A stretch of DNA of 64,000 nt from Eledone cirrhosa (Eukaryota). Position 1 is the first letter of the stretch, and the number at the start of each line of letters is the position of its first letter. Below the pieces are notes generated by a model. It made no database searches. It had not been told where the DNA came from and was given only the letters and a program-made list of their open reading frames with translations. The stretch spans positions 39,990,001-40,054,000 of the forward strand of contig OZ024751.1 in NCBI GenBank assembly GCA_964016885.1. Direction: 5' to 3'. A program made the translations under genes and the position numbers. Positions 1 to 14,574 of the stretch are shown in pieces.

Positions 1-310
1 ACCAACGTAACGTGGTGATGACAATATTTGCCTGAAGAATGTCTGAGATGACATCAATGTTCTTATGACAATATGAAATTAAATGTAAAATCCCAGCTGT
101 AAGTGAAATTTTATTAACTTATATATGTATGTGTAAGTGTGCGTGTGTGTATGTGTTTCTGTGTGTATGTGTGTGTCTGTATAGATATATATAGATAGAT
201 AGGTAGGTACGTAGGAAGGTAGGTAGATAGGTAGATAAATAGATAGATAGATAGATAGATAGATAGGGAGGTAGGTAGGTAGATAGGGAGGTAGATAGAT
301 AGATAGATAT

Positions 311-886
311 ATTTCTTTATTAGCCACAGGGGCACAAAAGAAGGGGACAAATACAAAGGGGGAAGTTTACATACAATAAAAACGTGTAAAATGTTATCAC
401 AGATGGAATTTAAAAGTTAGTCGATTTTCCCCAATAGAGGGAGACAGTTTATATGGGTAACACATACCCCCGAAAAAAATGTGCAACCCTCATCTCCAGG
501 AGTACGAAGAGCTTGTACTCCTTTCCTCTCCTCCTCCTTTTCCTCAATCTACAGGCTGATATAGAGAGAAGGCCCATTCACTCGGGCCATTCTCGCCACT
601 TTCACCCACCTTTCATAAAACTTGCTGGGGTACAGCACCTCTCTCTCCATCCTGATTCTTCTTCCAAAGTGGTATTTGAAAAAAAGAATCAGTTGTTGGC
701 CGGAGAGAAAGGTGTCTGACCTCAGCCCTTTCAACCTTGTCCACCATACAACCTCTTTCGCCATAGCTATCACACAAAGGAAAACCGCCTCTCCTTCGTT
801 TTTGAAGGAGGGTGGCGGTTTGATCATGACAATGGACTCGGTGGTCAACTGGATTGGTCCCACCCGCGACAATAGTCGTTCTACAT

Positions 887-887
<1 letters not shown>
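311..887 (-). mobile_element. 5'-truncated Tx1/L1-clade LINE, copy 1 (ORF2 C-terminus + 3' UTR), in (GATA)n
   Basis: Minus frame YVERLLSRVGPIQLTTESIVMIK...RWVKVARMARVNGPSLYISL* matches copies 2 and 3. The 3' end is GGCTAATAAAGAAAT followed by (ATCT)n, and both flanks are (GATA)n. Confidence 0.85.
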
Positions 888-946
<59 letters not shown>

Positions 947-1724
947 ATTTCTTTATTAGCCACGAGGGCACAAAAGAAGGGGACAAATACAAATGGGGAG
1001 TTTACATACAGGTATATGAAAATAAAACTATTAATAAAATAACAAATAACAATTGAAATCCCCAATAGGGGGGAGGTGTTACACAGCGGTTGTACACACC
1101 CCTAAAAAAGGAGCACCAAGAGTGAGTACTCCCTTCCTCACTTCCTCTTTTTTCTCAACCTACAGGCTTATATAGAGAGAAGGCCCAACCATTCGGGCCA
1201 TCTTTGCCACATTCACCCACCTTTTATAAAATTTGCTGGGGTACAGCACCTCTCTCTCCATCCTGATTCTTCTTCCAAAATGAAAAAACGAATCAGTTGC
1301 TCGCCGGAGAGAAGGGTGTCTGACCTCAGTCCTTTTAACTTCGTACACCATATAACCTCTTTCACCATAGCCATAACACATAGGAAAACCGCCCCTCCCT
1401 CGTTTTTGAAGGAGGGTGGCGGTTTGATCATGACAATGGACTCGGTGGTCAACTGGATTGGTCCCACCCGCGACAATAGTCGTTCTACATAGCCCCACAG
1501 GTCGGTAACGCCCGGGCAGTGTACAAATGCGTGCGCGACGGTTTCCTTGTCGCGCACGCATCTCGGACAGATCTTTTTCGAAGGGTCCCTGCCTGGGTGC
1601 CCGTGTCTGTAGAGCTTGTCTCGAACTGGTAGAGCTCCTCGGTAGCACTGCCAGGCCAGGGACCTTTGGAAGTTGTCCATTGGTCCCGGGCGGAAGGTCC
1701 TACCGAACAGACTGGCCAGTTCGT
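947..1724 (-). mobile_element. 5'-truncated Tx1/L1-clade LINE, copy 2 (zf-RVT region, frameshifted)
   Basis: Encodes LAWQCYRGALPVRDKLYRH...CPRCVRDKETVAHAFVHC, a CxxC-x7-H-x4-C knuckle typical of the L1/Tx1 ORF2 C-terminus. A small deletion near 1280 shifts the frame. Flanked by (GATA)n on both sides. Confidence 0.88.
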
Positions 1725-2116
1725 ATAGATAGATAGATAGAGTGATAGATTCTTATATATATTATATATTCTGAAGTAATTTGTGACATTTTTATACCTC
1801 GTACGCGTGTTTCAACAAAAGAAATGCAAAGAATATGATAAATGGATGAGTTTGATTAAGTATATAGGAATAAATCCTCAGAGGCAGAGGATACAAATGC
1901 GATGTAAAGTTATGTTATGGTGAATTATTCGGTTTTATGCTTGTCTTCGTATATAGAACTTTTGTTCCTAATCGTAACAATGTCAATGGCTTCATTTCCT
2001 CTTAATATTTCGTGTACAGCTGGGTCATTATTAATTTGATAAATGTCTTTCTTTCTGTCATATCATAAGGTTCTGTAACTTGATTTTAACTTGGTTTTAC
2101 CTCTGTTGTTAATGGT

Positions 2117-2400
2117 TTAACCCCGTTTGATACCAATCCACCTGAAAGCCTCCTTGGTTTTATGATACAAAACTGTTCAAATGTGTTCATACTTAAATTA
2201 GAACCTTCCATCATAATTTTATAATTTTATGTAAAAATGTTTTTATAATGCTACAAAACATCACCTTACTAATTAAAACTTTTTTATTAAATTCTTCCAA
2301 ACTTAAACTATTTTCAAATTTTATTGAAATATTTTAGCAGAGTATTTCATTACAATTCTGTTAATAAAATAGTTGTAGGAGAAGCTAATGGTATATTTGG
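2117..2400. mobile_element. Decayed piggyBac-like MITE end
   Basis: Starts TTAACCCCGTTTGATACCAATCCACCTGAAA, similar to the reverse complement of the terminus at 38643-38672. The right boundary is approximate. Confidence 0.35.
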
Positions 2401-2760
2401 TCTTTTCATACCATCGACAATGAAAATTAATTTCGTTGAATATAAAATGCTATTAGCGAAGAACGCCAACATTCATTCAATTGGTGATACATTATTTAAG
2501 CTTTGCTGAAAATTAACTCAAAATGTATTTCTTAAACAATACCAATTTCCGACATTTTTCTATTCCGCTAGCGTTTCACGTGTTACCTTATTACTATAGG
2601 AAGGACTCATTTGAATTGAAGCTTTGAAACAGTAAAGTTTTAATTCCATCGCTGATTGAACAATTCCAGATAAAGTAAAGTTTGCATGTTACTACCTATG
2701 GAATAAAATGGCGCCTTTGTTTAAAAGCACAAACACATTCACAGATACACACACAGGCAT

Positions 2761-3114
<354 letters not shown>

Positions 3115-3551
3115 CAAAATTCTGGTTGCTTCAAGCCACGCAATTGATCAACTCATATATATACACACATATATATATTTATATACACGTACATGCATGC
3201 ATACCTACACACATATACACATGCATATACGCATGCATTCACATAGTGTGATTAACAAGACTGTAATTGGTAGACACTAAACACTGTTATATTAGCCATA
3301 TTAGAAGAAGATTTACAATTCTCCAGAAACTTCCTTTGTATAATTTAACTTCCTCAATAAATAAGAGGAGGATGGGTCGTTAAGATCTACAAATATTGAT
3401 TTTTGCCTCGATGCATTCGGCTCCAATTGTTTTTATATAAAGCTCTCTCTTTCTCTCTCTTTCTCTCTCTTTCTCTCTCTTTCTCTTTCTCTCTTTTTCT
3501 CTCTCTCACGTACACAAACTCTCTCTTTGTCTAATTCTTTCTCACTTTCTG

Positions 3552-3652
<101 letters not shown>

Positions 3653-3736
3653 CATCTGTTTTGTAAACACTCGCACACATATATATATATATGTATAGAA
3701 TGTATCATATATTTGTGTGTATGTATTTATATATAT

Positions 3737-3806
<70 letters not shown>

Positions 3807-4439
3807 CACATATAAACATGTATATATATATATATAACCAAATATTTGGTTATCTATCGGCACGCACTCTAGTACATGCTATTGGGAATAATTAGCAGTA
3901 GTCAGCTCCTCACCAAGTGTCCGTTACCTCAATAAGTTTAGCTAGCCACCGTAAGTAGCTACGGGGGTGTGGCTGGAAAATGTCCCGGAGCCATCATAAG
4001 TCGACATATTATAGCTGTGCTTAAAGAAATCGTTTTGCATTCACGTGGTTTCGGGTTTCTTCCTACTGCGGGACTTTTTGGATAAGTGTCTTCTATTGCA
4101 GTTTCGAGTAGACCAATGCCTTGTAAGTGGAAGTTAGTTGATGGAGACTTGTAGAGGGTCGTAGGTTTTACTTTGGTGGTTCGATAATAAGAGATCGATT
4201 AAATAATTACCAGATTTCAACAATAAAAATACATATTGGATTTGATGGTGTGGTATGGAGCCGTATCCCCTGATGAAGTTGTAGGGTGAGATATTGTCAT
4301 GCACCGTTTCTTGGGACATTTTTCTTTCTTTTATTAAACTTGGTGGATCCCATCTCCAGGGCTGAACACAGCAGATTTCTCCAAGAGAAACATAGAAAGT
4401 GATAGAGAGAAGAGATGAGAAAGAGATATGGAGGGAGAA

Positions 4440-4748
4440 TCAACACCCAATACTTGTCTGATACCTTTTTATCGATCTCGAAAGGATGAAAGGCAAAGTT
4501 GACCTCGACGTGATTTGAACTCAACAGATTTCTTCCAGAGAAGGATAGAGAGTGAGAGAATGAAAATGAGAAAGTGATGTAGGGGAAGAATCGATCCCAG
4601 TATTTGACTGGTACTTTTTTTATCAACCTCGAAAGGATGAAAAGCAAAGTTGACCTCGACGGGATTTGAACTCAGAGAGCAGAGAACCGTAACAAATATC
4701 ACAGAACATTCTATATGACGTTCTAACGACTCTGTCAATTCGCTACCA
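4440..4748 (-). mobile_element. Two SINE family B fragments within an old ~150-bp tandem duplication
   Basis: GAAAGGATGAAA(G/A)GCAAAGTTGACCTCGACG..ATTTGAACTCA occurs twice, with similar purine-rich flanks (4372-4525 and 4525-4675). Confidence 0.7.
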
Positions 4749-5132
4749 TTGGAGTTGATGTGATCGGCAACGCTGTAGTAAGCGGTGCTCCAGTATGGCC
4801 AGTGTCTAATGACTGAAACCAATAAAAGACTATAGACATATATAGCTACTACAGTGAAAGTCGATGAAAAGAAGAGGTGGAGGGGTGGGGTGTTAGTAGC
4901 TTACTACAGCAGTTGCCACTGTAATGGTGTCAAAAACAATATGTTTTATATCGATCTCTCCTTTCTTCTCTCTATATCTATTTATCTCTCTTCCTCTTCT
5001 CCCTCTCTCACTTTCTCTCTTTCTTTCTCTCTCTCTATATATATATACGTGTGTGTGTATGTATGTGTGTGTGTGTGTGTTTTCTCTTAATACCATCTGC
5101 TATTTTAGTTGTGTCAACGTTTATAGGTTTTC

Positions 5133-5465
5133 TTGTTATTGTTGTCATTGTTGTTGCTGTTGTCATCGTTGTTGTAGTTGTTGTTCTTATTGTTGACATT
5201 GTTGTTGTTGTTGTTGTTCTTATTGTTGACATTGTTGTTGTTGTTGCTGCTGCTGTTGTTGTAGTTGTTCTTATTGTTGACATTGTTGTTGTTGCTGTTG
5301 TTGCTGTTGTTGTTGTTGTTGTTATCATCGATGTTGTTATCATCGTTGTTGTTGTTGTAGTTGTTGTTCTTATTGTTGACATTGTTGTTGTTGTTGCTGC
5401 TGCTGTTGTTGTAGTTGTTCTTATTGATGACATTGTTGTTGTTGTTGTTGTTGTTGTTGTCGTCA
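5133..5465. repeat. (GTT)n-based degenerate trinucleotide repeat with higher-order units
   Basis: Directly visible; GTTCTTATTGTTGACATT recurs. Confidence 0.95.
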
Positions 5466-5484
5466 TTTTACTATTTATCAATGT

Positions 5485-5720
5485 AGGCAGTGAATTAACT
5501 GAGTCGGTAAAGCGTCGGAGAAATACCTGGCAGTATTTGTTCTTCCTCTTTACGTTCCGAGTTCAAATCCCGCCGAGGTTGACTTTGCCTTTCATCCTTT
5601 CAAAGTCGATAAATGAAGTACAAATACCAGTAAAATACTGAGGTCGATATAATCAACTTTCCCTCCACCCGCCTCCACTAAAATTGCTGGATTTGTACCA
5701 AAAATATAAGCAAGTATTAT
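5485..5720 (+). mobile_element. tRNA-derived SINE family B, near full length
   Basis: B-box-like GAGTTCAAATCC and the conserved body GCCTTTCATCCT..GTCGATAAA..AAGTAC are shared with more than 12 copies in the window. Confidence 0.8.
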
Positions 5721-5775
5721 AGGGGTTTTTTTCTTTGTCTTTTATTTTATTAGGTCGTGAAGTCGATTCACAGCG

Positions 5776-6040
5776 GCACACTGTGTCCTTGAGCAAGACA
5801 CTCTATTTTATGTTGCTCCAATCTACTAGGTGACAAAAATTAGTTGGATCTGTATGTCAAAAAGCCACGCTTTGTCACACACTCTATCCCGCTGAATCTC
5901 CCTGAGAAATATATCAAATGTACACGTGTTTATGGAATATTCAGCTACTTGCACCTTATTTTCATAAGTAGCTTCTTCCGTTGTACGAACAACTGAAACT
6001 GAAACACTCGTCGTGGAAACTGACGGAGGTCCTACAACAA
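5776..6040 (+). mobile_element. CORE-like SINE (family A related), 5'-truncated
   Basis: GTGTCCTTGAGCAAGACACT core plus a GCTGAATCTCCCTGAGAA body also seen at 45165-45560. Confidence 0.65.
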
Positions 6041-6720
6041 CTATTCATTTTTCAGGCTTTAGTAAGTTTTTTTTTCTTTTTTTTATATATATATAAACGT
6101 CGACCACTCGTCGTGGAAACTGACGGAGGTCCTACAACAACTATTCATTTTTCAGGCTTTAGTAAGTTTTCTTTTTCTTTTTTTTATATATATATAAACG
6201 TCGACCACTCGTCGTGGAAACTGACGGAGGTCCTACAACAACTATTCATTTTTCAGGCTTTAGTAAGTTTTCTTTTTCTTTTTTTTATATATATATAAAC
6301 GTCGACCACTCGTCGTGGAAACTGACGGAGGTCCTACAACAACTATTCATTTTTCAGGCTTTAGTAAGTTTTTTTTTCTTTTTTTTTATATATATATATA
6401 AACGTCGACCACTCGTCGTGGAAACTGACGGGGGTCCTACAACAACTATTCATTTTTCAGGCTTTAGTAAGTTTTTTTTCTTTTTTTTTATATATATATA
6501 TAAACGTCGACCACTCGTCGTGGAAACTGACGGAGGTCCTACAACAACTATTCATTTTTCAGGCTTTAGTAAGTTTTCTTTTTCTTTTTTATATATATAT
6601 ATAAACGTCGACCACTCGTCGTGGAAACTGACGGAGGTCCTACAACAACTATTCATTTTTCAGGCTTTAGTAAGTTGTTTTTTTTTCTACTTTATATATA
6701 TATATAAACGTCGACTACTC
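6005..6720. repeat. Tandem array of 7 x ~101-bp units
   Basis: Units start at CACTCGTCGTGGAAACTGACGG at 6005, 6105, 6206, 6307, 6410, 6512 and 6613. They differ almost only in T-run and TA lengths. Confidence 0.97.
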
Positions 6721-6853
6721 TTCCACCCGAGCGCCCCCTGTCAGTCATAGCTGTCAGCCTCCTAATTCGACGTCACGACTATCTCGTGGCGAACGTTCGA
6801 TTAAGGAGCCAGTATTATACAACACCATAACACTGCGTTTTAGCTAGCTAATC

Positions 6854-7486
6854 GTGTGTATATATGTATATGTGTGTGTGTGCATGTGTGTATGTATGTA
6901 TGTGTGTGTATGTACGTATGTGTGTGTGTGAGAGGGAGAGCAAGACAGAAAGAGGGAATATTGGTCTGTGTGTCTGTGTGTGTGTGACAGAGAAAGAGAG
7001 AGAGCATGTGTGCGTGTGTGTGTGTGTGTGTATGTCCGTATGTATGTATGAGAGGGAGAGCAAAACAGAGAGGGGGAAATTTGTGTGTGTGTGTGTGCGT
7101 GCGTGTGTGTATGTACCTACGTGTGTGTGTATGTGTGTGCGTGTGTGTGTGTGTCCCCGTGTGTGTGTGTGTATTTCCGTGTCCGTGTGTGCGTGTGTGT
7201 ATGTCCGTGTGTGTCCGTGTGCGTCCGTGTGTGTGTGTGTGTGTATGTCCGTGTCCGTGTGTGCGTGTGTGTGTGTCCGTGTGTGTGCCGTGTGTGCGTG
7301 TGTTTGTGTGCGTGTGTGCGCGTGTGTGTGTGTGTGTGCGTGTGTGTGTGTATTGTGAAAGAGTGAGAGACAGGGAGCGATAGAGATAGAGAGAGAGTGA
7401 GAAGAAAAAAGAAAAAGAAAGAGAGAGATAGGGTAGAGAGAGTGGTGAAAGTTTTGTGAGAAAGAGAGAGACAGACAAGTACAGAC

Positions 7487-7550
<64 letters not shown>

Positions 7551-7608
7551 GGAGAGAGAGAGAGAGAAATACAGACATAGGAGAGAGAGAGAAGTACAGA
7601 CACAGGAC

Positions 7609-7670
<62 letters not shown>

Positions 7671-7900
7671 TGATAGATAGATAGATAGATAGATAGATAG
7701 AGAGGGAGAGAGATGTATTGGGAGAGAAAATAAGAGAGTGAGAGGAGAAAAAGAGAGACAGCCAGACTGAGGCACAAACAGACACACACACACACATACA
7801 GTGAAAGAGAGACATATACACATAGAAATACACACCCATAGATACACACACACTGACACACAGAGAGACGCACACACAGACACACACACATGCACATAGA

Positions 7901-7931
<31 letters not shown>

Positions 7932-8060
7932 ACACAACAATCTCTCTCTATCTCTCTCTAACTTCCTACCTATCTTTCTCACAACACAATAAATCTTTCT
8001 CTCTTTGTTTCTGTCTCTCTTTCCCATTCTCTTCCTTTCTCTCTTTCTCACAAACTTAAC

Positions 8061-8119
<59 letters not shown>

Positions 8120-8297
8120 TGTCGCTCGCTCTCACTCTCTCGCTCTCTCTCTCTTTCTCTTAATACCTCTCTCTCTTTTTTTCTTTCTGTCCTGTGGCTG
8201 TATTTCTCTCTCTCTCTGTCCCCCTCTATCTATCTATCTATCTATCTCTATCACTATCTCTCTCTCTATCTATCTATCTCTCTATCTATCTCTATCA

Positions 8298-8374
<77 letters not shown>

Positions 8375-8451
8375 CCTCTCTCTGTGTCTCTATGCCTGTG
8401 TGTGTGTGTATGTTATGTATGTGTGTGTGCCTCTCTCTGTGTCTCTATGCC

Positions 8452-8484
<33 letters not shown>

Positions 8485-8551
8485 ATGCCTCTCTCTGTGT
8501 CTCTATGCCTGTGTGTGTGTATGTGTGTGTGCCTCTCTTTGTGTCTCTATG

Positions 8552-8593
<42 letters not shown>

Positions 8594-8813
8594 TGTGCCT
8601 CTGTGTGTGTGTGTATGTGTGTGTGCCTCTCTTTGTGTCTCTATGCCTGTGTGTGTGTGTGTGTGCATGTGTGTGTGCCTCTGTCAGTGTCTCTATGCCT
8701 GTGTGTGTGTGTATGTGTGTGTGTGTGTATGTGTGTGTGCCTCTCTCTATGTCTCTATGCCTGTGTGTGTGTGTGTGTATGTATGTGTGTGTGCCTCGCT
8801 CTGTGTCTCTATG

Positions 8814-8862
<49 letters not shown>

Positions 8863-8989
8863 CTCTCTCTGTGTCTCTATGCCTGTGTGTGTGTGCGTGT
8901 ATGTATGTGTGTGTGCCTCGCTCTGTGTCTCTATGCCTGTGTGTGTGTGTGTGTATGTATGTGTGTGTGCCTCGCTCTGTGTCTCTATG

Positions 8990-9038
<49 letters not shown>
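6854..9038. repeat. Compound (GT)n/(AG)n/(CA)n/(CT)n microsatellite block with a GTGTCTCTATGCCT higher-order unit
   Basis: Directly visible. Confidence 0.95.
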
Positions 9039-9039
<1 letters not shown>

Positions 9040-9180
9040 TAATGTAAATGTTTCATAGTTGCCTTCATGTTCAATGTTCGATCAGCAGCAGTGATCAGTG
9101 TCTCACAGAGGAAGAGAACAACTGATTGTTTCTCACAGTTTAACAACAAACACACTACTGTGCCACGGAAGTTATTATTT

Positions 9181-10068
<888 letters not shown>

Positions 10069-10483
10069 CACTGGAACTCGGACTTGGGCCTCCGATAACT
10101 GATTCATACAGTTATGTGCGTGTAACATGTGTGTGTACGTGTGAATGTGTGTGTGCGTGTGCGTGTCAATGGGTATCTGAGTGTATGTGTGTGTGCGTGT
10201 CAGTGTGTACATTTGAGAATGTACGCATACATGTGTCTGTTGCATGTGTGTGCATTCCTGCGTGTATATGTGTGTGTGGTATTTATATTTGCTATTGGTA
10301 CCGTATGTTGTATGATGTATGTATTGTACTATGTTGAAAAGAGAGAAAATTTTAGTGCGTACGTTTTTATTATTGGCAAGATGACCTTCTCAAAATACAC
10401 TTTTTCTGACATATTTCCCGTGTATAAAAATATAGCATTTAAGTTTATCATAAAAATGTAACCGATATACCATATGTGTACCT

Positions 10484-10565
<82 letters not shown>

Positions 10566-10651
10566 CAGGAAAGAAGGTTGACATGGTTTGCTATACAAAA
10601 AAGGTTTTTAATCTCATAAGTGGACTGCATTTAACTATTATTTGTTACCCC

Positions 10652-10706
<55 letters not shown>

Positions 10707-10712
<6 letters not shown>

Positions 10713-10846
10713 TAACAGATTAAAGTTTAAGCAAAGAATCGCTGCTTTCACCCTTATTTGCTCTACGGTTCTTATATATTTGATACATATTTATCCTTAT
10801 CGAACCCTCTTTGAATTTTAGTCTTCAAATTTATTATTATTACTAT
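10707..10846 (+). mobile_element. Short (TA)n-inserted retroposed fragment (family X) with 5' inversion
   Basis: 10707-10755 is inverted and 10756-10846 is forward relative to the contiguous copy at 16910-17043 (minus). A third copy lies at 23308-23366. Confidence 0.75.
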
Positions 10847-10865
10847 GTATATATATATGTATATA

Positions 10866-10946
<81 letters not shown>

Positions 10947-11043
10947 AAGTTAAATAAAAGTCAAATGATTAAAATTTAGCTTCGTTTATTACTGTTAAAC
11001 TCAAAATATATATATATATATATATACATATATATGTGTGTGT

Positions 11044-11077
<34 letters not shown>

Positions 11078-11356
11078 TGCTTTTGAAATTCCTGTTGTAG
11101 TTTTGTTGCTGTTGTTGTTTACACGGTTTGACGTTTATAGAATCTTTATAGTATTTATTTACTTTTTTAATATGTACACCCTTCCAACACCAACCCACAT
11201 ATCTCTCTTAACACCCTCTCTCATTCTTGTTGTTACTGTTGTTGTTATTGTTGTTGCTGCTCCCGTCGCTGTTGTTGTTATTGTTGTCGTTGTTGTTATT
11301 GTTGTGTTATCAAACGGTGTTGATAATTAAATGTTAGTAACAATAGATAGATAGAT

Positions 11357-11398
<42 letters not shown>

Positions 11399-11435
11399 TA
11401 TGTATTTTATCTGGTGATTCTATAGACATGTTTTA

Positions 11436-11488
<53 letters not shown>

Positions 11489-11899
11489 TTTTGTTTTGTT
11501 TTTTGTTTGTTTGTTGGTTTGTTTTACCATAAATTTAGTCCTATCCTAAACATAGTTTTACAGGAAATACAATTTACCTTAAAATCAGTTTTACTTTCAT
11601 TTAATTTGTTCTACCATAAATGATTTATTTTTAATTGAAATCCAGTTTTTACCTATAATTATGTTTTCTTTTTAACTTTTTAACCAAAAATGATTTTTTT
11701 TTTTTTTTTTTTTTTTTACGTTAAATTTTACCCAAAATGAAGTCTTTTTCCTTCGATCCAATTATGTTTTCTTTTTAACTAAAATCCAATTTTACCGAAA
11801 ACTAATTTTTAAGAAATTAAATAAAAAATGTTTTTTTCACTCCTATCCATTTTACTATAAACACAGTTTTAAAACTCTAACTATAGTTTTTCACCTAAC

Positions 11900-12030
11900 T
11901 GCAGTTTTTTTTTACTTTAAACACATTATCCTATCCTAGATGCAGTTTTTTACTCTAAACATATTATCCTATTCTAGATGCAGTTTTTATACTCTAAATA
12001 TATTATCCAATCCTAGATGCAGTTTTTTTC
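11900..12030. repeat. ~38-bp minisatellite x3.3
   Basis: TGCAGTTTTTTACTCTAAACATATTATCCTATTCTAGA units at 11900, 11941 and 11979. Confidence 0.85.
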
Positions 12031-12884
12031 CGAAATGTTGCTTATATCCAAAGTAGAATTTTGTAACCTAAATTGCATATTTTCTTACCCCAATACAGAT
12101 TTTATTCCAAATGTTGTTTTTAACCCTCAATTTATTTTTAATTTTAAAATATCATAGTTAATGTTTTGTTTGTTATTTTTGAACCCTAAATACAGTTTGA
12201 ACATAAATTCTGTTTTGTAAAGCCTCGATGCAGTTGTTATCCAAAAAAAAACTGTTTTAACCCAAAGTTAATTTTTAAAACTCTCATTACAGTTGTGAAA
12301 TTAAATTTCCATTTTTTTACCCTTTAGTACTCTAAAAGCAGTTTTGACTTTAAAAGCAGTTTTGACTTAAATACAGGTTTCTTTAGATTCTTTACCATAT
12401 ATTAAAACAAAGATCAAATCTTCGGTAACTTAACAGTGCTATTAACAAGCATTTCTTCTAGACTGTACTCAAGGACAGCTTTCATTTTAAAACTTCAATA
12501 AACAGAATTAGGCAGCAGTGTATTACAGGTGATTTTTTCATAGAATACCTATCAAGAGAGACGAGAATTAAAATCAGTCCAGACGTGGTTTGAAACTTAG
12601 AACTTTAAGTATATGTGTGTATATGTGTGTGTGTGCGTGTAAGCGAATGTGCTTGTGCGTATGTGTGTGTGTTTAAGTACGTATCTATTGATATCTGCCC
12701 AACAAGGAGGACTTGTTCACACTTGCTGTGTTTTACTATTACATTAACAACTTTATTGACATGCTGTTGCAGTCTTCATCTATCTGTCTGTTTGTCTGTC
12801 TATCTGTCTATCTAGCTATCTATCAACCTATCTGTCTACCCGCATATATATAAATATACATGCCAAGCTAGCCACCTATGTATA

Positions 12885-13013
<129 letters not shown>

Positions 13014-13101
13014 ACTAGAAATTGATTGACATATATATATATATCTAAAATAAACACATGAAGCGCATGTCTCTCGGACATGACACCCTTAATTTAATTT
13101 T

Positions 13102-13150
<49 letters not shown>

Positions 13151-13187
13151 ATTAATAAATGGAAACTATATTTATAAAACCATATTT

Positions 13188-13250
13188 ATTTCATTATACA
13201 TATTTCAGGGATACCAAATTAAATTATGGTATGCCTTCATCAGACAAAAT
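13188..13250 (-). ncRNA. Type I hammerhead ribozyme fold
   Basis: Minus strand: ATTTTGT CTGATGA AGGCATACCA-loop-TGGTATCCCT GAAA TATGTA T A ATGAAAT. Stem I is 7 bp with 2 GU pairs, stem II pairs 9/10, stem III is loopless, and the site is AUA. Confidence 0.65.
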
Positions 13251-13440
13251 ACAATATATAACAGTTTTACAAATAAGCTTTGACGTACCCTTTTAAAATG
13301 CAACCATTATTTTTGGAAGCCATCTGGATAGAGTATCCATTTATTAATATCGTATATCTACTCCAAAAACTTGTCGAGTGCTTTATATCAGTTATAAAAA
13401 TATTTACTTGTTGTATCCCAACAATTTTAAATAGAACTTT

Positions 13441-13543
<103 letters not shown>

Positions 13544-13760
13544 CTATTTATTAATTTATTAACAACATAGCTATCTGTCTCTATCTGTCAATCTGCTTAC
13601 CAAAATATCTACGTACCTACCTAAATATATCTATGTATGTACCTCTTTATTTTTATTTTTTATCTTTATTTGTTATTTTTTCATTCGCACCGTTTCCTTT
13701 CGCTATATGTCTCTCCACCACTCCCCTACACACCTTTTGAACTCTGTTCCCACACACTTC

Positions 13761-13796
13761 TCACCTGAGGAAGGGCTTATGCCCGAAACGTCGTCC
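13761..13796 (+). ncRNA. Minimal hammerhead motif with degenerate stem I (family Z element ~13680-13885)
   Basis: CTGAGGA A GGGC TTAT GCCC GAAAC GTC. Stem I is only 2 bp. The downstream tail resembles those at 16423-16495 and 57668-57773 (minus). Confidence 0.6.
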
Positions 13797-13882
13797 ACCA
13801 CCTACCCCCCACTCTCCTGAGCGTGAAATTAATAAACATTTACTGTACTGCCTCTCTGTTTTGTCCCTGTTCAAATTTTTCC

Positions 13883-13928
<46 letters not shown>

Positions 13929-14177
13929 TAACTATCAGAATATCTATAAATATATCATCCTATCTATTTATATATATATCTATATATCTATATATATATA
14001 TATATATATATCTACCTGCCAACCTACCTGTCTATTTATCTATGTAACTGACTACTTATATCTACCGATCTATGATATACTTATCTATCTATCTATTTAT
14101 CTATCTATATATCTATCTACCTGCCAACCTACCTGTCTATATATCTATGTAACAAACTACGTATATCTACCGATCTA

Positions 14178-14214
<37 letters not shown>

Positions 14215-14574
14215 CAATGCTCTAAATACTATCGGCCAGCTTTGATATGAAATAGTAGTCACAACAGATGTTCTCTAAAAGCAGCACACCTGTCAATTTT
14301 TTCTTCAACCAAACAACCCAATAAAACGAAAATAACGTAAAACTATTATTCAGCCGGACATAAACAAACGAAGCGCAACGTCACCTTACTTTCGCCTTTC
14401 ATTTATTGAATACTTCAGGGATATCCTTCGTTGTGCATCACTGTTCGAACTTACAAACCTGGGTGCACACACCCGCAAATATAGATTCGCACACACACAT
14501 TCACACACACACATATGTGTATATATATATACATATGTGTATATACATACATATGTGTATATATACACATATGA

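Noticed and set aside
28-70. CTGAAGA followed by an ATGTC/GACAT stem (also CTGATGA at 25301, 44778 and 55186 minus)
   Set aside because: There is no correctly placed GAAA and NUH with stem I closure.
1795-1886. Minus-strand CTGAGGA...GAAACACGCGTA hammerhead-like remnant
   Set aside because: Stem II does not pair and stem I is out of register. At best a decayed copy.
6005-6720. CRISPR-like periodic array
   Set aside because: Whole units repeat with no unique spacers, there are no cas genes, and the context is eukaryotic.
12462-12528. Possible 67-nt exon (AG...GT, one open frame TVLKDSFHFKTSINRIRQQCIT); donor-like GTAAGT at 98 and 9346
   Set aside because: No recognisable protein or partner exons. 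Such sites arise by chance in 64 kb.
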